NCBI GenBank assembly: GCA_039795225.1
Contig: JBDKEN010000001.1
Span: 85,610-149,609, forward strand
DNA length: 64,000 nucleotides
Direction of reading: 5' to 3'
From: Bacteroidota bacterium
GTDB lineage: Bacteria > Bacteroidota > Ignavibacteria > Kapaibacteriales > Kapaibacteriaceae
The notes beneath the pieces are model-generated. The model saw only the letters and a list, made by a program, of their open reading frames with translations, ran no database searches and was not told the DNA's origin. Both the position numbers and the translations under genes were made by a program. This document shows, one piece after another, positions 42,768 to 52,946 of this stretch. Each line of letters starts with the position of its first letter. The first letter of the stretch is position 1.

Positions 42768-43739
42768 TCACCAGGCATACGCCTCTGGCGCTTGTCCTCC
42801 CGGACCTGGCCAAATGCGGTCCAGCTCGGCGAGCGTCTCGGCATCAAGCGTTATACTCATAGACGCAACGTTTGCATCCAGCTGCGCAACCGTGCGCGGT
42901 CCGATGATTGGACTCGTCACACCGTCACGCTGGAGAACCCACGCCAGGGCAACATCCGCACAGTCCAAACCAAGCTTGCCACAAAGCGCTTCGTACTGCT
43001 CAATTTGTGGACGGAGCTTTTCTGCCGATTCCAGGAGTTGCGGACGCTTACGTCGAACTGAATCCGACGACGAGAATATGCCAGCAAGCAAGCCCCCTGC
43101 AAGTGGACTCCAAGGGATCACTGCCATGCCGTAAGCCTTGGACGCAGGGATCACCTCAAGTTCGATGTGCCGATTGCGAAGCGAATACACGCTCTGCTCA
43201 CTAACAAGCCCCAAAAAGTGACGGTGCTTTGCCATCTCGTTGGCCTGCGCAATGTTCCATGCCGCAAAGTTGCTCGAGCCGACGTAGAGAATCTTCCCCT
43301 CGCGGACCAACTGCTCCATGGCCTGCCATACTTCGTCCCACGGCGTTGAACGATCGATGTGGTGCATCTGATAAAGATCGATGTGATCTGTCTTCAAACG
43401 ACGCAGCGAATCTTCGCAAGCTTTCTTGATGTGATACGCCGAGCACCCCCGGTCATTCACGCCATCACCCATCTGTCCATACAGCTTCGTAGCCAGTACG
43501 ATCTTATCACGACGTGATGGATCCTGCGCGAGCCAGTTGCCGATCACTTCTTCAGTACGCCCCTTACCCTTATCCCATCCGTACACATTGGCGGTGTCAA
43601 AAAAGTTGATTCCATGCTCAAGTGCACGACTCATTACCGGGTATGATTCCTGCTCCTCAATCCAGTAGCCGAAATTCATCGTTCCAAGACAGAGCTGAGA
43701 TACTTTAAGGCCTGTGCGACCAAGGTTGACGTAGTTCAT
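42768..43739 (-). CDS. Aldo/keto reductase
   Basis: 323 aa. The N-terminal MNYVNLGRTGLKVSQLCLGTMNFG is typical of the AKR family. Confidence 0.92.
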   Translation of the reverse strand: MNYVNLGRTGLKVSQLCLGTMNFGYWIEEQESYPVMSRALEHGINFFDTANVYGWDKGKGRTEEVIGNWLAQDPSRRDKIVLATKLYGQMGDGVNDRGCSAYHIKKACEDSLRRLKTDHIDLYQMHHIDRSTPWDEVWQAMEQLVREGKILYVGSSNFAAWNIAQANEMAKHRHFLGLVSEQSVYSLRNRHIELEVIPASKAYGMAVIPWSPLAGGLLAGIFSSSDSVRRKRPQLLESAEKLRPQIEQYEALCGKLGLDCADVALAWVLQRDGVTSPIIGPRTVAQLDANVASMSITLDAETLAELDRIWPGPGGQAPEAYAW

Positions 43740-43862
43740 GGGAGTGCGGCCGAGGATATGGTGAGAGGGCTTTTTCTACGTATGCGCATCCGATACGCAA
43801 TGGTCACAAATCTACGATCTCTTGAGGTCGATCTTGCCCGTGCCTGCCCCCTATATTTGCGC

Positions 43863-46412
43863 ATGCATTATCCGTTCGCATCCATCGAAGAAAAGTGGCA
43901 ACGCCACTGGGCAGACAACCGCACATATCGTGTTTCGGAAGACCACTCCAAACCGAAGTACTATGTTCTTGACATGTTCCCCTACCCATCGGGTGCCGGC
44001 CTTCATATCGGGCATCCAGAGGGCTACACGGCTACCGACATTGTGAGTCGCTACAAGAGGATGTGCGGCTTCAATGTCCTGCATCCAATGGGTTTCGATG
44101 CCTTCGGCTTGCCAACTGAACGCTATAGCATGACAACGGGGATCCACCCATCGATTGCCACGGCAAACAACATTGCCACGTTCAAGCGCCAGCTCAATGC
44201 CATCGGATTTGACTACGACTGGTCGCGCGAGATCAACACAACGCTGCCGGAGTACTACCGGTGGACGCAGTGGATGTTTTTGATGATGTACAATGCCTGG
44301 TTCGACCGCGGTCTGGGCAAGGCACGGCACATTGATGAGCTGCCGGTCCCCGCAGAGCTGACCTCGTCAGAGGACGTTGAGACGTACCGCGACAGTCGAC
44401 GTCTGGCCTATATCGCGTATTCACCCGTGAACTGGTGCGAAGCGCTCGGTACAGTGCTGGCGAATGAAGAGGTCGACGAATGGAAGGAAAAGGGCTACAC
44501 CGTCGAACGGCGTCCAATGCGACAGTGGATGCTGCGCATCACGGAGTATGCCGAGCGATTGCTGAATGACCTTCAGCTGCTGAATTGGCCATCCTCAACG
44601 CTTGATATGCAGCGCCATTGGATCGGGAAGAGTCAAGGCGCTGAGGTACACTTTGCCATCCAGGATCATGAGCACTCGATAACGGTGTTTACGACACGTC
44701 CTGACACGCTGTTTGGTGCGACATACCTGGTCGTTGCTCCCGAGCATCCGATTGTTGACCATATCGTATCGGACACGCAGCGTAATGAAGTGATGGCCTA
44801 CCGTGAAGCAACGGCTCTTAAGAGCGACCTCGAGCGAACAGAGTTGAGCAAGGTCAAGACCGGTGTGTTCACGGGCTCGTATGCGGTCAATCCTGCAACA
44901 GCAACCGCCGTGCCGATCTGGGTTGCCGATTATGTCCTCGCGCATTACGGAACTGGTGCCATTATGGCAGTTCCCGGGCATGACGAGCGCGACCATGAGT
45001 TTGCCTGTGCCTTTGGCCTGCCTATCGTCCAGGTAGTAGCACCGGTCGATGGGTCGACGATCGACGTTGCAGCTGCGGCATTTTCGGATGAGGGCGTGGG
45101 AGTACATTCTGAACATGCGCAGGTTAGTCTCAATGGACTGCCGACATCCGATGCCAAGGCTACAATCATCGCCTGGCTTGAATCATCCGGATATGGGAAG
45201 GGGCGAACGCAGTACCGCCTTCGAGACTGGCTGTTCTCGCGTCAGCGTTACTGGGGTGAACCAATTCCGATCATGTTTTTCGAAGACGGCACCAAGCGTG
45301 CCCTTGATCCTGATGAGTTGCCACTGCTGTTGCCGGATGTTGCCGAATTCAAGCCTGCTGGTACGGGTGAATCGCCACTGGCTACGGTTGAGAGCTGGGT
45401 GAATTTCATCGACGCGAAGACAGGCAAGCGTGCACGTTTTGAAACGAACACGATGCCACAATGGGCTGGTTCATGCTGGTATTACTTGCGGTACTGCGAC
45501 CCATCAAATCTGACATCATTCTGTGACGATACACAAGAGCGGTATTGGATGGGTGCCAACGGGGTTGATCTCTATGTCGGCGGTGGTGAACACGCTGTGC
45601 TCCACCTGCTCTATGCCCGTTTCTGGCACAAGGTCCTCTATGACTTCGGGCATGTATCAACTCCTGAGCCGTTCAAGCGTCTGTTTCATCAGGGCCTGAT
45701 CATGGGAGAGGATGGACGGAAGATGTCAAAGTCTCTCGGCAACGTCGTCAACCCTGACGAAGTTATCCGTTTGCACGGCGCTGATGCATTGCGTCTCTAC
45801 GAAATGTTCCTCGGACCGCTCGAAGCCTCAAAACCTTGGAATACCACTGGCATCGAGGGGATCACACGGTTTCTCAATCGTGTGTGGCGCATGATCGCAT
45901 CCGAGGACGGGGAGCTTCTTCCCGCTGTTCAGGATGTACCATGCACAGTGGAGCAGGATCGTGTGCTTCATGCAATGATCAAGAAGACCGGAGAAGACAT
46001 CGACAACTTGAGCTTCAACACGGCCATTGCACAGTTCATGATCTTCGTCAATGAGTTTACGAAGGCTGAAGTGCGTCCACTGGTGGCGATGAAGCACATT
46101 ATCCAGTGTCTCGCCCCCTTCGCACCGCACATTACCGAAGAACTGTGGCACATCCTCGGTGGCGAGGGTTCGGTTCATCATGCACCATTCCCATCGTTTG
46201 ACGCCAACAAGCTTGTACTGAATGAGGTTGAGATCGTCGTACAAGTCAGCTCGAAGATCCGTGGCAAGCTCGTGGTTCCTACTGGCGCAGATGGCGCAAC
46301 GATGGAGTCGATGGCTCGGGCTGATGACAACGTTCAGAAGCACCTTGAGGGTCGGGAGATTGTCAAGGTGATCACTGTACCTGGCAAGCTCATCAACTTC
46401 ATTGTGAAGTAG
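43863..46412 (+). CDS. leuS: Leucine--tRNA ligase
   Basis: ATG at 43863 (MHYPFASIEEKWQRHW). The HIGH motif (GLHIGHPEGY) and KMSKS motif (RKMSKSLGN) are present. 849 aa. Confidence 0.97.
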   Translation: MHYPFASIEEKWQRHWADNRTYRVSEDHSKPKYYVLDMFPYPSGAGLHIGHPEGYTATDIVSRYKRMCGFNVLHPMGFDAFGLPTERYSMTTGIHPSIATANNIATFKRQLNAIGFDYDWSREINTTLPEYYRWTQWMFLMMYNAWFDRGLGKARHIDELPVPAELTSSEDVETYRDSRRLAYIAYSPVNWCEALGTVLANEEVDEWKEKGYTVERRPMRQWMLRITEYAERLLNDLQLLNWPSSTLDMQRHWIGKSQGAEVHFAIQDHEHSITVFTTRPDTLFGATYLVVAPEHPIVDHIVSDTQRNEVMAYREATALKSDLERTELSKVKTGVFTGSYAVNPATATAVPIWVADYVLAHYGTGAIMAVPGHDERDHEFACAFGLPIVQVVAPVDGSTIDVAAAAFSDEGVGVHSEHAQVSLNGLPTSDAKATIIAWLESSGYGKGRTQYRLRDWLFSRQRYWGEPIPIMFFEDGTKRALDPDELPLLLPDVAEFKPAGTGESPLATVESWVNFIDAKTGKRARFETNTMPQWAGSCWYYLRYCDPSNLTSFCDDTQERYWMGANGVDLYVGGGEHAVLHLLYARFWHKVLYDFGHVSTPEPFKRLFHQGLIMGEDGRKMSKSLGNVVNPDEVIRLHGADALRLYEMFLGPLEASKPWNTTGIEGITRFLNRVWRMIASEDGELLPAVQDVPCTVEQDRVLHAMIKKTGEDIDNLSFNTAIAQFMIFVNEFTKAEVRPLVAMKHIIQCLAPFAPHITEELWHILGGEGSVHHAPFPSFDANKLVLNEVEIVVQVSSKIRGKLVVPTGADGATMESMARADDNVQKHLEGREIVKVITVPGKLINFIVK

Positions 46413-46414
46413 GA

Positions 46415-47593
46415 ATGCCGATTCACCAGATATTGCTGGTTGCTCTTGTCGCAGCAACGGCCTGCGCTCAGCCGCCACAGGTATGGTTTGGTGGACCCTT
46501 TCGCGTTGGTACTACGCCCATCGAGACGCTACCGGAGGTCTCCGGCATTGTCAGTTCGATAGCCAATTCCAGCGTCCTATGGATGCACAATGATTCTGGC
46601 GATGAGCCGCGGATCTTTGCCGTAACGCTTCCAGGACGTGTCGTGGCTCAAGTGCGCCTTGAGGGGGCCAAGCATCTTGATTGGGAAGATATTGCCAAGG
46701 GGCCTGGACCTGTGGCTGGTGCAGCCTACCTTTATATCGCGGACATCGGCGACAATGGAGCTCGTCGCAGCACGGTCGTGATTTACCGAATCAGGGAGCC
46801 GCGTATTGATACGACAATGCGCGATCAACAACTGGTAATACCGGCCGATTCGATTGAGCGATTCACCGTAGCCTATGCAGACGGTCCGCGCGATGCAGAG
46901 GCATTGCTTGTTGACCCTGCAACAGGCGACATTGTCATCGTGACCAAGCGTGAGCAACGCTGCCGCGTGTATGTTGCACCTGCGCCACAGAGTACAACCG
47001 GCATCGACACCCTCAGATATCATGGTGACATCCCACTTCAACTTGTAACAGGGGGCGATGTGTCGCCGGATGGATCGACGATCCTCCTCAAAACATATCT
47101 CCATGTTCGTCTCTGGAAACGTCAACCCGGACAGTCCCTGGCATCAGCCATCACCGGTGCCGGGAAGCCCCTTCCATACATGCCTGAACGTCAGGGTGAG
47201 GCTATCGGCATGACACCTGCAGGTGATGGCTTCTACACAACATCTGAATGTGAACACGGAGGTTCAGCCGCCGCTATCATGTTCTACCCGCAGGCAGAGA
47301 CGGCATCGGCAGCAGAGCAACTTCGCGATGTGCGGCTTCCGTCGATTTCTGCCAATCGACTCAATCCAACCAGTAAGACTGTTCGTATTCGGTACACCGT
47401 TCCAGACGTTGAGAGGATTTCGATTACGCTCCGCAACGCAGCGATGTTCAACGTCATGACGATCGCGGAAGATTCTGCTGAAGCAGGACTGCAGGAGCGT
47501 GACATTGACATCTCGAAGCTCCCGCCTGGTAGCTATGCCGTGGTGTTGGAAACCACTTCCCAACGTGTCTCGACACTCCTTGAGGTTCGATGA
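46415..47593 (+). CDS. Hypothetical secreted protein with a T9SS-like CTD
   Basis: 392 aa with signal peptide MPIHQILLVALVAATACAQ. Motifs seen are ..WMHNDSGDE.., DWEDIA and YLYIADIGDNG. The C-terminal ..LPPGSYAVVLETTSQRVSTLLEVR resembles a T9SS CTD. Confidence 0.65.
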   Translation: MPIHQILLVALVAATACAQPPQVWFGGPFRVGTTPIETLPEVSGIVSSIANSSVLWMHNDSGDEPRIFAVTLPGRVVAQVRLEGAKHLDWEDIAKGPGPVAGAAYLYIADIGDNGARRSTVVIYRIREPRIDTTMRDQQLVIPADSIERFTVAYADGPRDAEALLVDPATGDIVIVTKREQRCRVYVAPAPQSTTGIDTLRYHGDIPLQLVTGGDVSPDGSTILLKTYLHVRLWKRQPGQSLASAITGAGKPLPYMPERQGEAIGMTPAGDGFYTTSECEHGGSAAAIMFYPQAETASAAEQLRDVRLPSISANRLNPTSKTVRIRYTVPDVERISITLRNAAMFNVMTIAEDSAEAGLQERDIDISKLPPGSYAVVLETTSQRVSTLLEVR

Positions 47594-48888
47594 TAATGCC
47601 AACGTTCTCTCCCATTCTCACATCGCTGATTCTCACAATCGTTACCGGCACACTCTGCCTTCATGCTGATGATACAGCAATCAACCGACGATTATCGGAT
47701 GTATGCACGATCATCTCTGGCGGGCCACTTCGCTATGATGCCGTCTTCACCGAGCAGTTTCTCAAGCAGGTACCACCTGCGCAGCTGACAATGCTGGTGC
47801 AGCAACTCACCAAGGAAACCGGTTCGTGCACCGGCATGCGCATCGTGGAACACCGCTCATCGTATCAGGTAACAGCCGAGGCGACCACGAAGAATGGCTA
47901 TTCCATTCCGGTGATACTCACAATCGAGCAGCAAGCCCCCTACCTGATCGCTGGACTTTTCCTTCGGCCACCAGTAAAGGCAGTAACAAACCTCGCATCT
48001 CTTCAACAGGAGTTTGCAGCGTTAGGGGGTACTGTTTCATTCATGGCACTGAACGTCACAGGAGGATCAGTGGTGAGCTCTTTGGATGCCTCCACGCACC
48101 TTCCAATCGGTTCAACGTTCAAGCTCTACGTACTCGGTGAGCTTGTGCGTTCCATTCGGCAGAAAGAGCGAGCATGGACCGACGTCGTGCGTATTGATTC
48201 CGGATCGCGATCTCTGCCTTCTGGTCGACTTCATACATGGCCTGTCGGAGCTCCCCTAACGCTCCACACGTTGGCAGCAATGATGATCTCCGAGAGTGAC
48301 AATACGGCAACTGATGTTCTGATCCGCCTGCTTGGTCCGAGTCGAATAGCCCAGCAGATGTCAGCCATGGGTCACGATCGTCCCGACATGAACGTACCAT
48401 TTCTCACCACGCTGCAGGCCTTTAAACTCAAGTACGGCGCCGAGAGCATTGGCCGGAAGTATGGCAACGCGGGCATCGATGAACGAAATGTCCTGCTACG
48501 TCAAATTGACACCGCCATTGTGCGTGACTCGATTCTGCCGAAGATGTCGCCCACACTTGTTGATACCGTCGAATGGTTTGCAAGTGCTGCTGAATGCTGT
48601 CGGGCTATGGATTGGTTTCGGCGTGATGCGCTCACACACAAGGACGACACCCCTCTTCAGATTCTCGGAATTAACCCGGGGGTCGAAGCAGGCACATCGT
48701 GGAGGCGCGTCTGCTACAAAGGTGGTTCCGAACCTGGGGTTGTGAATATGACCTTTCTTCTGGAGCATCCTGACGGCACATGGTATGCCCTGAGCGGCAC
48801 ATGGCGTGAACGGGGTGGGAATGCCGATGTGACACGTTTTGCAGGCCTGATGGAGCGGGCTATCCAGTTGCTGGCCCCAACAGAGTAA
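47590..48888 (+). CDS. Class A beta-lactamase-fold serine hydrolase with an N-terminal extra domain
   Basis: 432 aa with STFK (S-x-x-K), SESDNTA (SDN) and YKGGSEPG (KTG-like) motifs in the canonical order. A ~140-aa N-terminal region of unknown family precedes them. ATGA overlap with the upstream gene. Confidence 0.7.
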   Translation: MIMPTFSPILTSLILTIVTGTLCLHADDTAINRRLSDVCTIISGGPLRYDAVFTEQFLKQVPPAQLTMLVQQLTKETGSCTGMRIVEHRSSYQVTAEATTKNGYSIPVILTIEQQAPYLIAGLFLRPPVKAVTNLASLQQEFAALGGTVSFMALNVTGGSVVSSLDASTHLPIGSTFKLYVLGELVRSIRQKERAWTDVVRIDSGSRSLPSGRLHTWPVGAPLTLHTLAAMMISESDNTATDVLIRLLGPSRIAQQMSAMGHDRPDMNVPFLTTLQAFKLKYGAESIGRKYGNAGIDERNVLLRQIDTAIVRDSILPKMSPTLVDTVEWFASAAECCRAMDWFRRDALTHKDDTPLQILGINPGVEAGTSWRRVCYKGGSEPGVVNMTFLLEHPDGTWYALSGTWRERGGNADVTRFAGLMERAIQLLAPTE

Positions 48889-48890
48889 CT

Positions 48891-49472
48891 TTGCACATGC
48901 TGTGTCTACAATGTGAATCCAATCCTGAATGGATTGGTGTTGCGAACAACCACCTCATCGAGATTTTGATCGATCACGCTCATTGTGAGAAGAAGGCAGC
49001 GGCATTCGCCCTGGCGATGATCAACCGCTACCCGGAGCGCACGCGACTTGTGAAAGACATGATCGATCTCGCGAAGGAAGAGATCGAGCACTTTGAACTC
49101 GTCATTCATGAACTCGAAGCGCGCGGTGTTTCGTTGACCCACGACACAGGGAATCGCTACGCACAACTTCTGCATGACCACATCCGCAGAAGTGAGCCCC
49201 ACCGGCTCCTGGACTCTCTGATCGTTGGGGCATTCATTGAGGCGCGCTCATGTGAGCGATTTTCCTTACTGGCTGATCATGCTTCTTCGCAGGACATGCG
49301 TGATCTCTACAAGAGTTTACTAGCAAGTGAAGCTGGACATTACCGTGCCTACACGGATATTGCACGGGAATACTTCCCCGTTGAGGATGTGCGACAGCGC
49401 CTGAAGGAGTTTGGTGAGATTGAGGCATCGATCATTCGATCCATGCAGAACCAACCAACGATGCACGGCTGA
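48891..49472 (+). CDS. miaE: tRNA-(ms2io6A)-hydroxylase MiaE
   Basis: 193 aa, ferritin-like di-iron protein with HAHCEKKAA, EEIEHF and SEAGHY motifs. Overall MiaE-like. Confidence 0.85.
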   Translation: MHMLCLQCESNPEWIGVANNHLIEILIDHAHCEKKAAAFALAMINRYPERTRLVKDMIDLAKEEIEHFELVIHELEARGVSLTHDTGNRYAQLLHDHIRRSEPHRLLDSLIVGAFIEARSCERFSLLADHASSQDMRDLYKSLLASEAGHYRAYTDIAREYFPVEDVRQRLKEFGEIEASIIRSMQNQPTMHG

Positions 49473-50416
49473 TGTCTTCGATCATCTTCATGGGAACTCC
49501 AGAGTTTGCCGTACCGGCCTTGGAGTCGCTTCACCGATCATGCGGCGTTGCAACCGTTGTCACCGTGCCGGACCGGCCCCGAGGTCGCGGACTGCATGTG
49601 TTGCCGAGTCCTGTCAAGGTTGCTGCTATGGGGCTTGGAATCACCGACATTCTTGAACCCGCCTCATTGCGGGATCCTGCATTTATCGATGCGATTCGAC
49701 AGCGTCAGCCGGACATCCTGTGTGTTATTGCCTTTCGGATCCTTCCGCGAAGTGTGTACGAGGTGGCTCGACTGGGGGCGTTCAACGTCCACGCGTCACT
49801 CCTGCCCAAATACCGCGGTGCCGCACCAATCAACCATGCCATCATGAACGGTGAGTCGACAACTGGTGTGACGTCGTTCCTGCTGAACGACGTGGTGGAT
49901 ACCGGGACGATCATCGAACAGCGCAGTCTGACTATCCCGGATGAGATGACTGCCGGCGAACTGTACGGCGCGCTGATGCCGCTCGCTGCCGAATGTGCTG
50001 TATCGACAACCCAGAAACTTTTATCGGGGAATGTTACGCCCCTTGCACAAGATGATACGCTGGCAACAGGTGCCCCGAAGGTGTTCCGTGAGCATGCGGG
50101 CATAGACTGGCAAGGATCACGGGAACAGGTGCGGAACTTTATCCGGGCGCATTCCCCCGTACCTACCGCATGGAGTTCTTGGAACGGCGCTGTGCTGAAG
50201 ATCTATGCAGCTTCCCGTGCGGAAGAGCGGGTCCCATCGGGTCACTGGAAGATCATCAATGGACAGCTCATCGCCGGATGCGGTGATGCCTCGCTGTCGC
50301 TCGATGACGTTCAACTTCCTGGCAAACGTCGTATGCACTTTGCCGATATTGTACGCGGCTATCGGGGCCCTACCGAGGGCTGCTTTTCACAATCGCTTCA
50401 GGAGAAGCACTCATGA
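49472..50416 (+). CDS. fmt: Methionyl-tRNA formyltransferase
   Basis: 314 aa with MGTPEFAVP and HASLLPKYRGAAPI motifs. 1-nt overlap (TGATG) with miaE. Confidence 0.95.
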   Translation: MSSIIFMGTPEFAVPALESLHRSCGVATVVTVPDRPRGRGLHVLPSPVKVAAMGLGITDILEPASLRDPAFIDAIRQRQPDILCVIAFRILPRSVYEVARLGAFNVHASLLPKYRGAAPINHAIMNGESTTGVTSFLLNDVVDTGTIIEQRSLTIPDEMTAGELYGALMPLAAECAVSTTQKLLSGNVTPLAQDDTLATGAPKVFREHAGIDWQGSREQVRNFIRAHSPVPTAWSSWNGAVLKIYAASRAEERVPSGHWKIINGQLIAGCGDASLSLDDVQLPGKRRMHFADIVRGYRGPTEGCFSQSLQEKHS

Positions 50417-51189
50417 TTCCATTCAACGAGTTCGTTGAAGAGAATGCATTCATCATCTGCGCACACCGCGGTGCATCCGGTATAGCGCCGGAAAACACCA
50501 TGGCTGCTGTGGGCATGGCACTCGAATACGGCGCGCCGATGATCGAGATTGATGTTCAGTACACCGCTGACCGGCATATGGTTGTCTTTCACGATGACAC
50601 GCTGGAACGCACTACCGATGGAAGCGGGCCCATCATCGATCGATCACTCGATGAGCTTCTTGAACTTGATGCCGGGTCGTGGTTTAGTCCCAGCTTTGCC
50701 GGACAGAAGATTCCGAAACTGATCGATGTACTTGAGGAGATTCGGGGAAAGGCATACGTCAACATCGAGATTAAGCCCCGTCCTGCCTCGGAACAAACGG
50801 CACGTGAGATGGCTGAACTTCTTGAGCTTGTGCGCTCACTCGACCTTCTCAATGCATGTGCGTTTTCGTCATTCGATCACGCAGCACTCGTATACATCCG
50901 ATCTATTGTGCAGGATGCGCGCACCATCGCCCTAAATGTACCAGGTGATGAACGTTCACCTGCCCGCGTTGTGCGCGCATGCGGTGCCGATGGCTACGGA
51001 TGCTCTCTTGAAGAAGTAAATCGTCAACGTGCTGATATCTGCCAGCACCTTCGCATTCCATACGGAGTCTATACGGTCAACACCCCGCAAGAACTTGAGT
51101 TTGTGCTTGATCATGGGGCCAGTGGCATTGTTACCAATATGCCACAGGTGATCATTCCTCATTACCGCATGATTGCATCGACAAGCTAA
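50413..51189 (+). CDS. Glycerophosphodiester phosphodiesterase family protein
   Basis: 258 aa with AHRGASGIAPENT, EIDV and FHDDTLERTT motifs. Confidence 0.9.
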   Translation: MIPFNEFVEENAFIICAHRGASGIAPENTMAAVGMALEYGAPMIEIDVQYTADRHMVVFHDDTLERTTDGSGPIIDRSLDELLELDAGSWFSPSFAGQKIPKLIDVLEEIRGKAYVNIEIKPRPASEQTAREMAELLELVRSLDLLNACAFSSFDHAALVYIRSIVQDARTIALNVPGDERSPARVVRACGADGYGCSLEEVNRQRADICQHLRIPYGVYTVNTPQELEFVLDHGASGIVTNMPQVIIPHYRMIASTS

Positions 51190-51195
51190 GGCCCT

Positions 51196-51477
51196 ATGTC
51201 TGCACTTGACCCAGTTACACTTCTTGGTCTGCTTGCTGGTTGCTGTTCGACATTCGCACTGGCACCACAAGCTCTTCGCGTATGGCGAACGCAACAGGTT
51301 GAACAACTCAGCGTTGGCATGCTTTGGCTGATGATTTCAGGATGCATTCTCTGGCTTACGTACGGTCTGATCCGAGTCGACATCAGCATCGTTTGGGCCA
51401 ATGGTGTTGCGTTCATCTTCATCACGTATATGCTCACAAAAAAGCTACGCGACATTCGCGCCACAGGACGACGATGA
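51196..51477 (+). CDS. SemiSWEET / PQ-loop small membrane transporter
   Basis: 93 aa with three predicted TM helices and a PQ motif (FALAPQALRVW) in the first helix region. Confidence 0.7.
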   Translation: MSALDPVTLLGLLAGCCSTFALAPQALRVWRTQQVEQLSVGMLWLMISGCILWLTYGLIRVDISIVWANGVAFIFITYMLTKKLRDIRATGRR

Positions 51478-51929
51478 GCGCAACAACCCTTCCAGGATTG
51501 ATCTTTCCGACCTTTGAGATGAAGATCACCTCCGATGGTGGGACAACACGCATCTATGATCCAGTTCGCCGGAGCTACGTAGCACTCACCCCTGAGGAAT
51601 GGGTACGGCAACACTGTCTGCACTGGCTTCTCTCACGAGGCTATCCTCTGGGTCGATGCAGCATCGAGCGCCGAGTATCAGCTACTACGGCCTCGTCGGC
51701 ACAACGCTTCGATCTGCTTTGGCGCGACGCACAACTACGACCATTCCTCCTTGTTGAATGTAAAGCCCCCTCCGTACCCCTCGACGAATCAACGCTACGG
51801 CAGACGGCATGGTACAACATCGAACTAAAGGCACCCTACATCGTGCTCACGAATGGCCTCTCAGCCTTTTGCACCAAGGTGAACCAGGATGGGAGTATCA
51901 CACCACAAGACGATATTCCAGACTATTGA
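51474..51929 (+). CDS. HsdR N-terminal-domain-like (PD-(D/E)XK-like) small protein
   Basis: ATG at 51474 overlaps the upstream stop (ATGA). 151 aa with ..LTPEEWVRQH.., ..LLVECKAPSV.. and ..IVLTNGL.., the pattern of the stand-alone HSDR_N-type proteins common in Bacteroidota (recollection). Confidence 0.8.
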   Translation: MSATTLPGLIFPTFEMKITSDGGTTRIYDPVRRSYVALTPEEWVRQHCLHWLLSRGYPLGRCSIERRVSATTASSAQRFDLLWRDAQLRPFLLVECKAPSVPLDESTLRQTAWYNIELKAPYIVLTNGLSAFCTKVNQDGSITPQDDIPDY

Positions 51930-51944
51930 TCAACAAGTATATCT

Positions 51945-52946
51945 ATGGACATTGTTCTTCGCTCTCCCCTTGATATGCATCTCCATGTCCGACAAGACGA
52001 GATGCTCAATCGCGTTGCCCCACTATCAGCACAGCATTTCGCAGGTGCTGTTATCATGCCCAACCTGCTGCCACCAGTAGATAGTGTCGATAGACTCCAC
52101 TGGTACACACAGGAGGTTCGCCGCGCAACAGCTGGCTATGCATTCGAACCGTTCATGACACTGTTTTTTCGCGACTACACACGCGAGGAGCTCCTGGCTG
52201 CAAAGCAGCACATCATTGGCATCAAGCTCTATCCAGCCGGCGCAACAACCAACAGTGATAGTGGTGTTCGTGAGGTTCTAGCCATGGATCACGTCTTTGC
52301 CATGATGGAGGAACTCGGGATTCCCCTGCTTGTTCATGGCGAGACACATGGGTTTGTGATGGATCGTGAAGAAGAGTTCTGTGAAGTCTACCGTGCCCTG
52401 GCGACGCGCTACCCCAAGCTGCAGATTACGATGGAGCACATTACAACTGCCAAGGCTGTTGGCTTGCTCGACGAATACGAGAATCTTCGTGCGACGGTAA
52501 CTCCGCATCACCTCATCATTACGCTTGATGATGTTGCAGGGGGCCTGCTGAATCCACATCTGTTCTGCAAGCCAATCGCAAAGCGGCCCGAGGATCGCCA
52601 GGCTCTGCTATCGGCCGCATTGGCAGCACATCCAAAGCTCATGCTGGGGAGTGACAGCGCACCACATCCGCGGGATAAAAAGGAAGCTCCAGGTTGTGCA
52701 GCGGGCGTGTTTACGGCGCCGATTATCCTCCCGATGCTCGCCGAGCTATTCGCGCGTCATGGCGCTGAAGGCAATCTGCAGGCATTCGTCAGTGATAATG
52801 CTCAGCGCCTCTATGGCGTCACTCCTCCAGCGACAACCGTCCGACTGTCTGCGACTCCGATGCTGATCCCTGATTCGTATGGTGACGTAGTTCCAATGTG
52901 GGCAGGTAAAGAACTCTCATGGAGCGTCGTCGAGGTATCTGCATGA
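51945..52946 (+). CDS. pyrC: Dihydroorotase (homodimeric, class II type)
   Basis: 333 aa with [18 protein letters not shown] and LVHGE motifs. Confidence 0.93.
   Translation: MDIVLRSPLDMHLHVRQDEMLNRVAPLSAQHFAGAVIMPNLLPPVDSVDRLHWYTQEVRRATAGYAFEPFMTLFFRDYTREELLAAKQHIIGIKLYPAGATTNSDSGVREVLAMDHVFAMMEELGIPLLVHGETHGFVMDREEEFCEVYRALATRYPKLQITMEHITTAKAVGLLDEYENLRATVTPHHLIITLDDVAGGLLNPHLFCKPIAKRPEDRQALLSAALAAHPKLMLGSDSAPHPRDKKEAPGCAAGVFTAPIILPMLAELFARHGAEGNLQAFVSDNAQRLYGVTPPATTVRLSATPMLIPDSYGDVVPMWAGKELSWSVVEVSA

Noticed and set aside
43852-43859. TATATTTG (perfect TAnnTTTG) just upstream of leuS as a promoter box
   Set aside because: It ends only 3 nt before the ATG at 43863. A transcript starting about 7 nt downstream would miss the start codon, and the N-terminus from 43863 aligns well with LeuRS. 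Treated as coincidental or unresolved.
45828-46478. 216-aa minus-strand ORF
   Set aside because: Antisense to the 3' part of leuS; no motifs.
47590-48888. Calling the STFK/SDN/KGG protein an antibiotic-resistance beta-lactamase
   Set aside because: The motifs show only the fold. The extra N-domain, the KGG variant and the housekeeping context do not support a resistance call without phylogeny or assay.
51474-51929. HsdR N-terminal-like protein as evidence of a type I restriction-modification system
   Set aside because: No HsdM, HsdS or full-length HsdR is nearby. This 151-aa stand-alone form is a separate, widespread, uncharacterised family.
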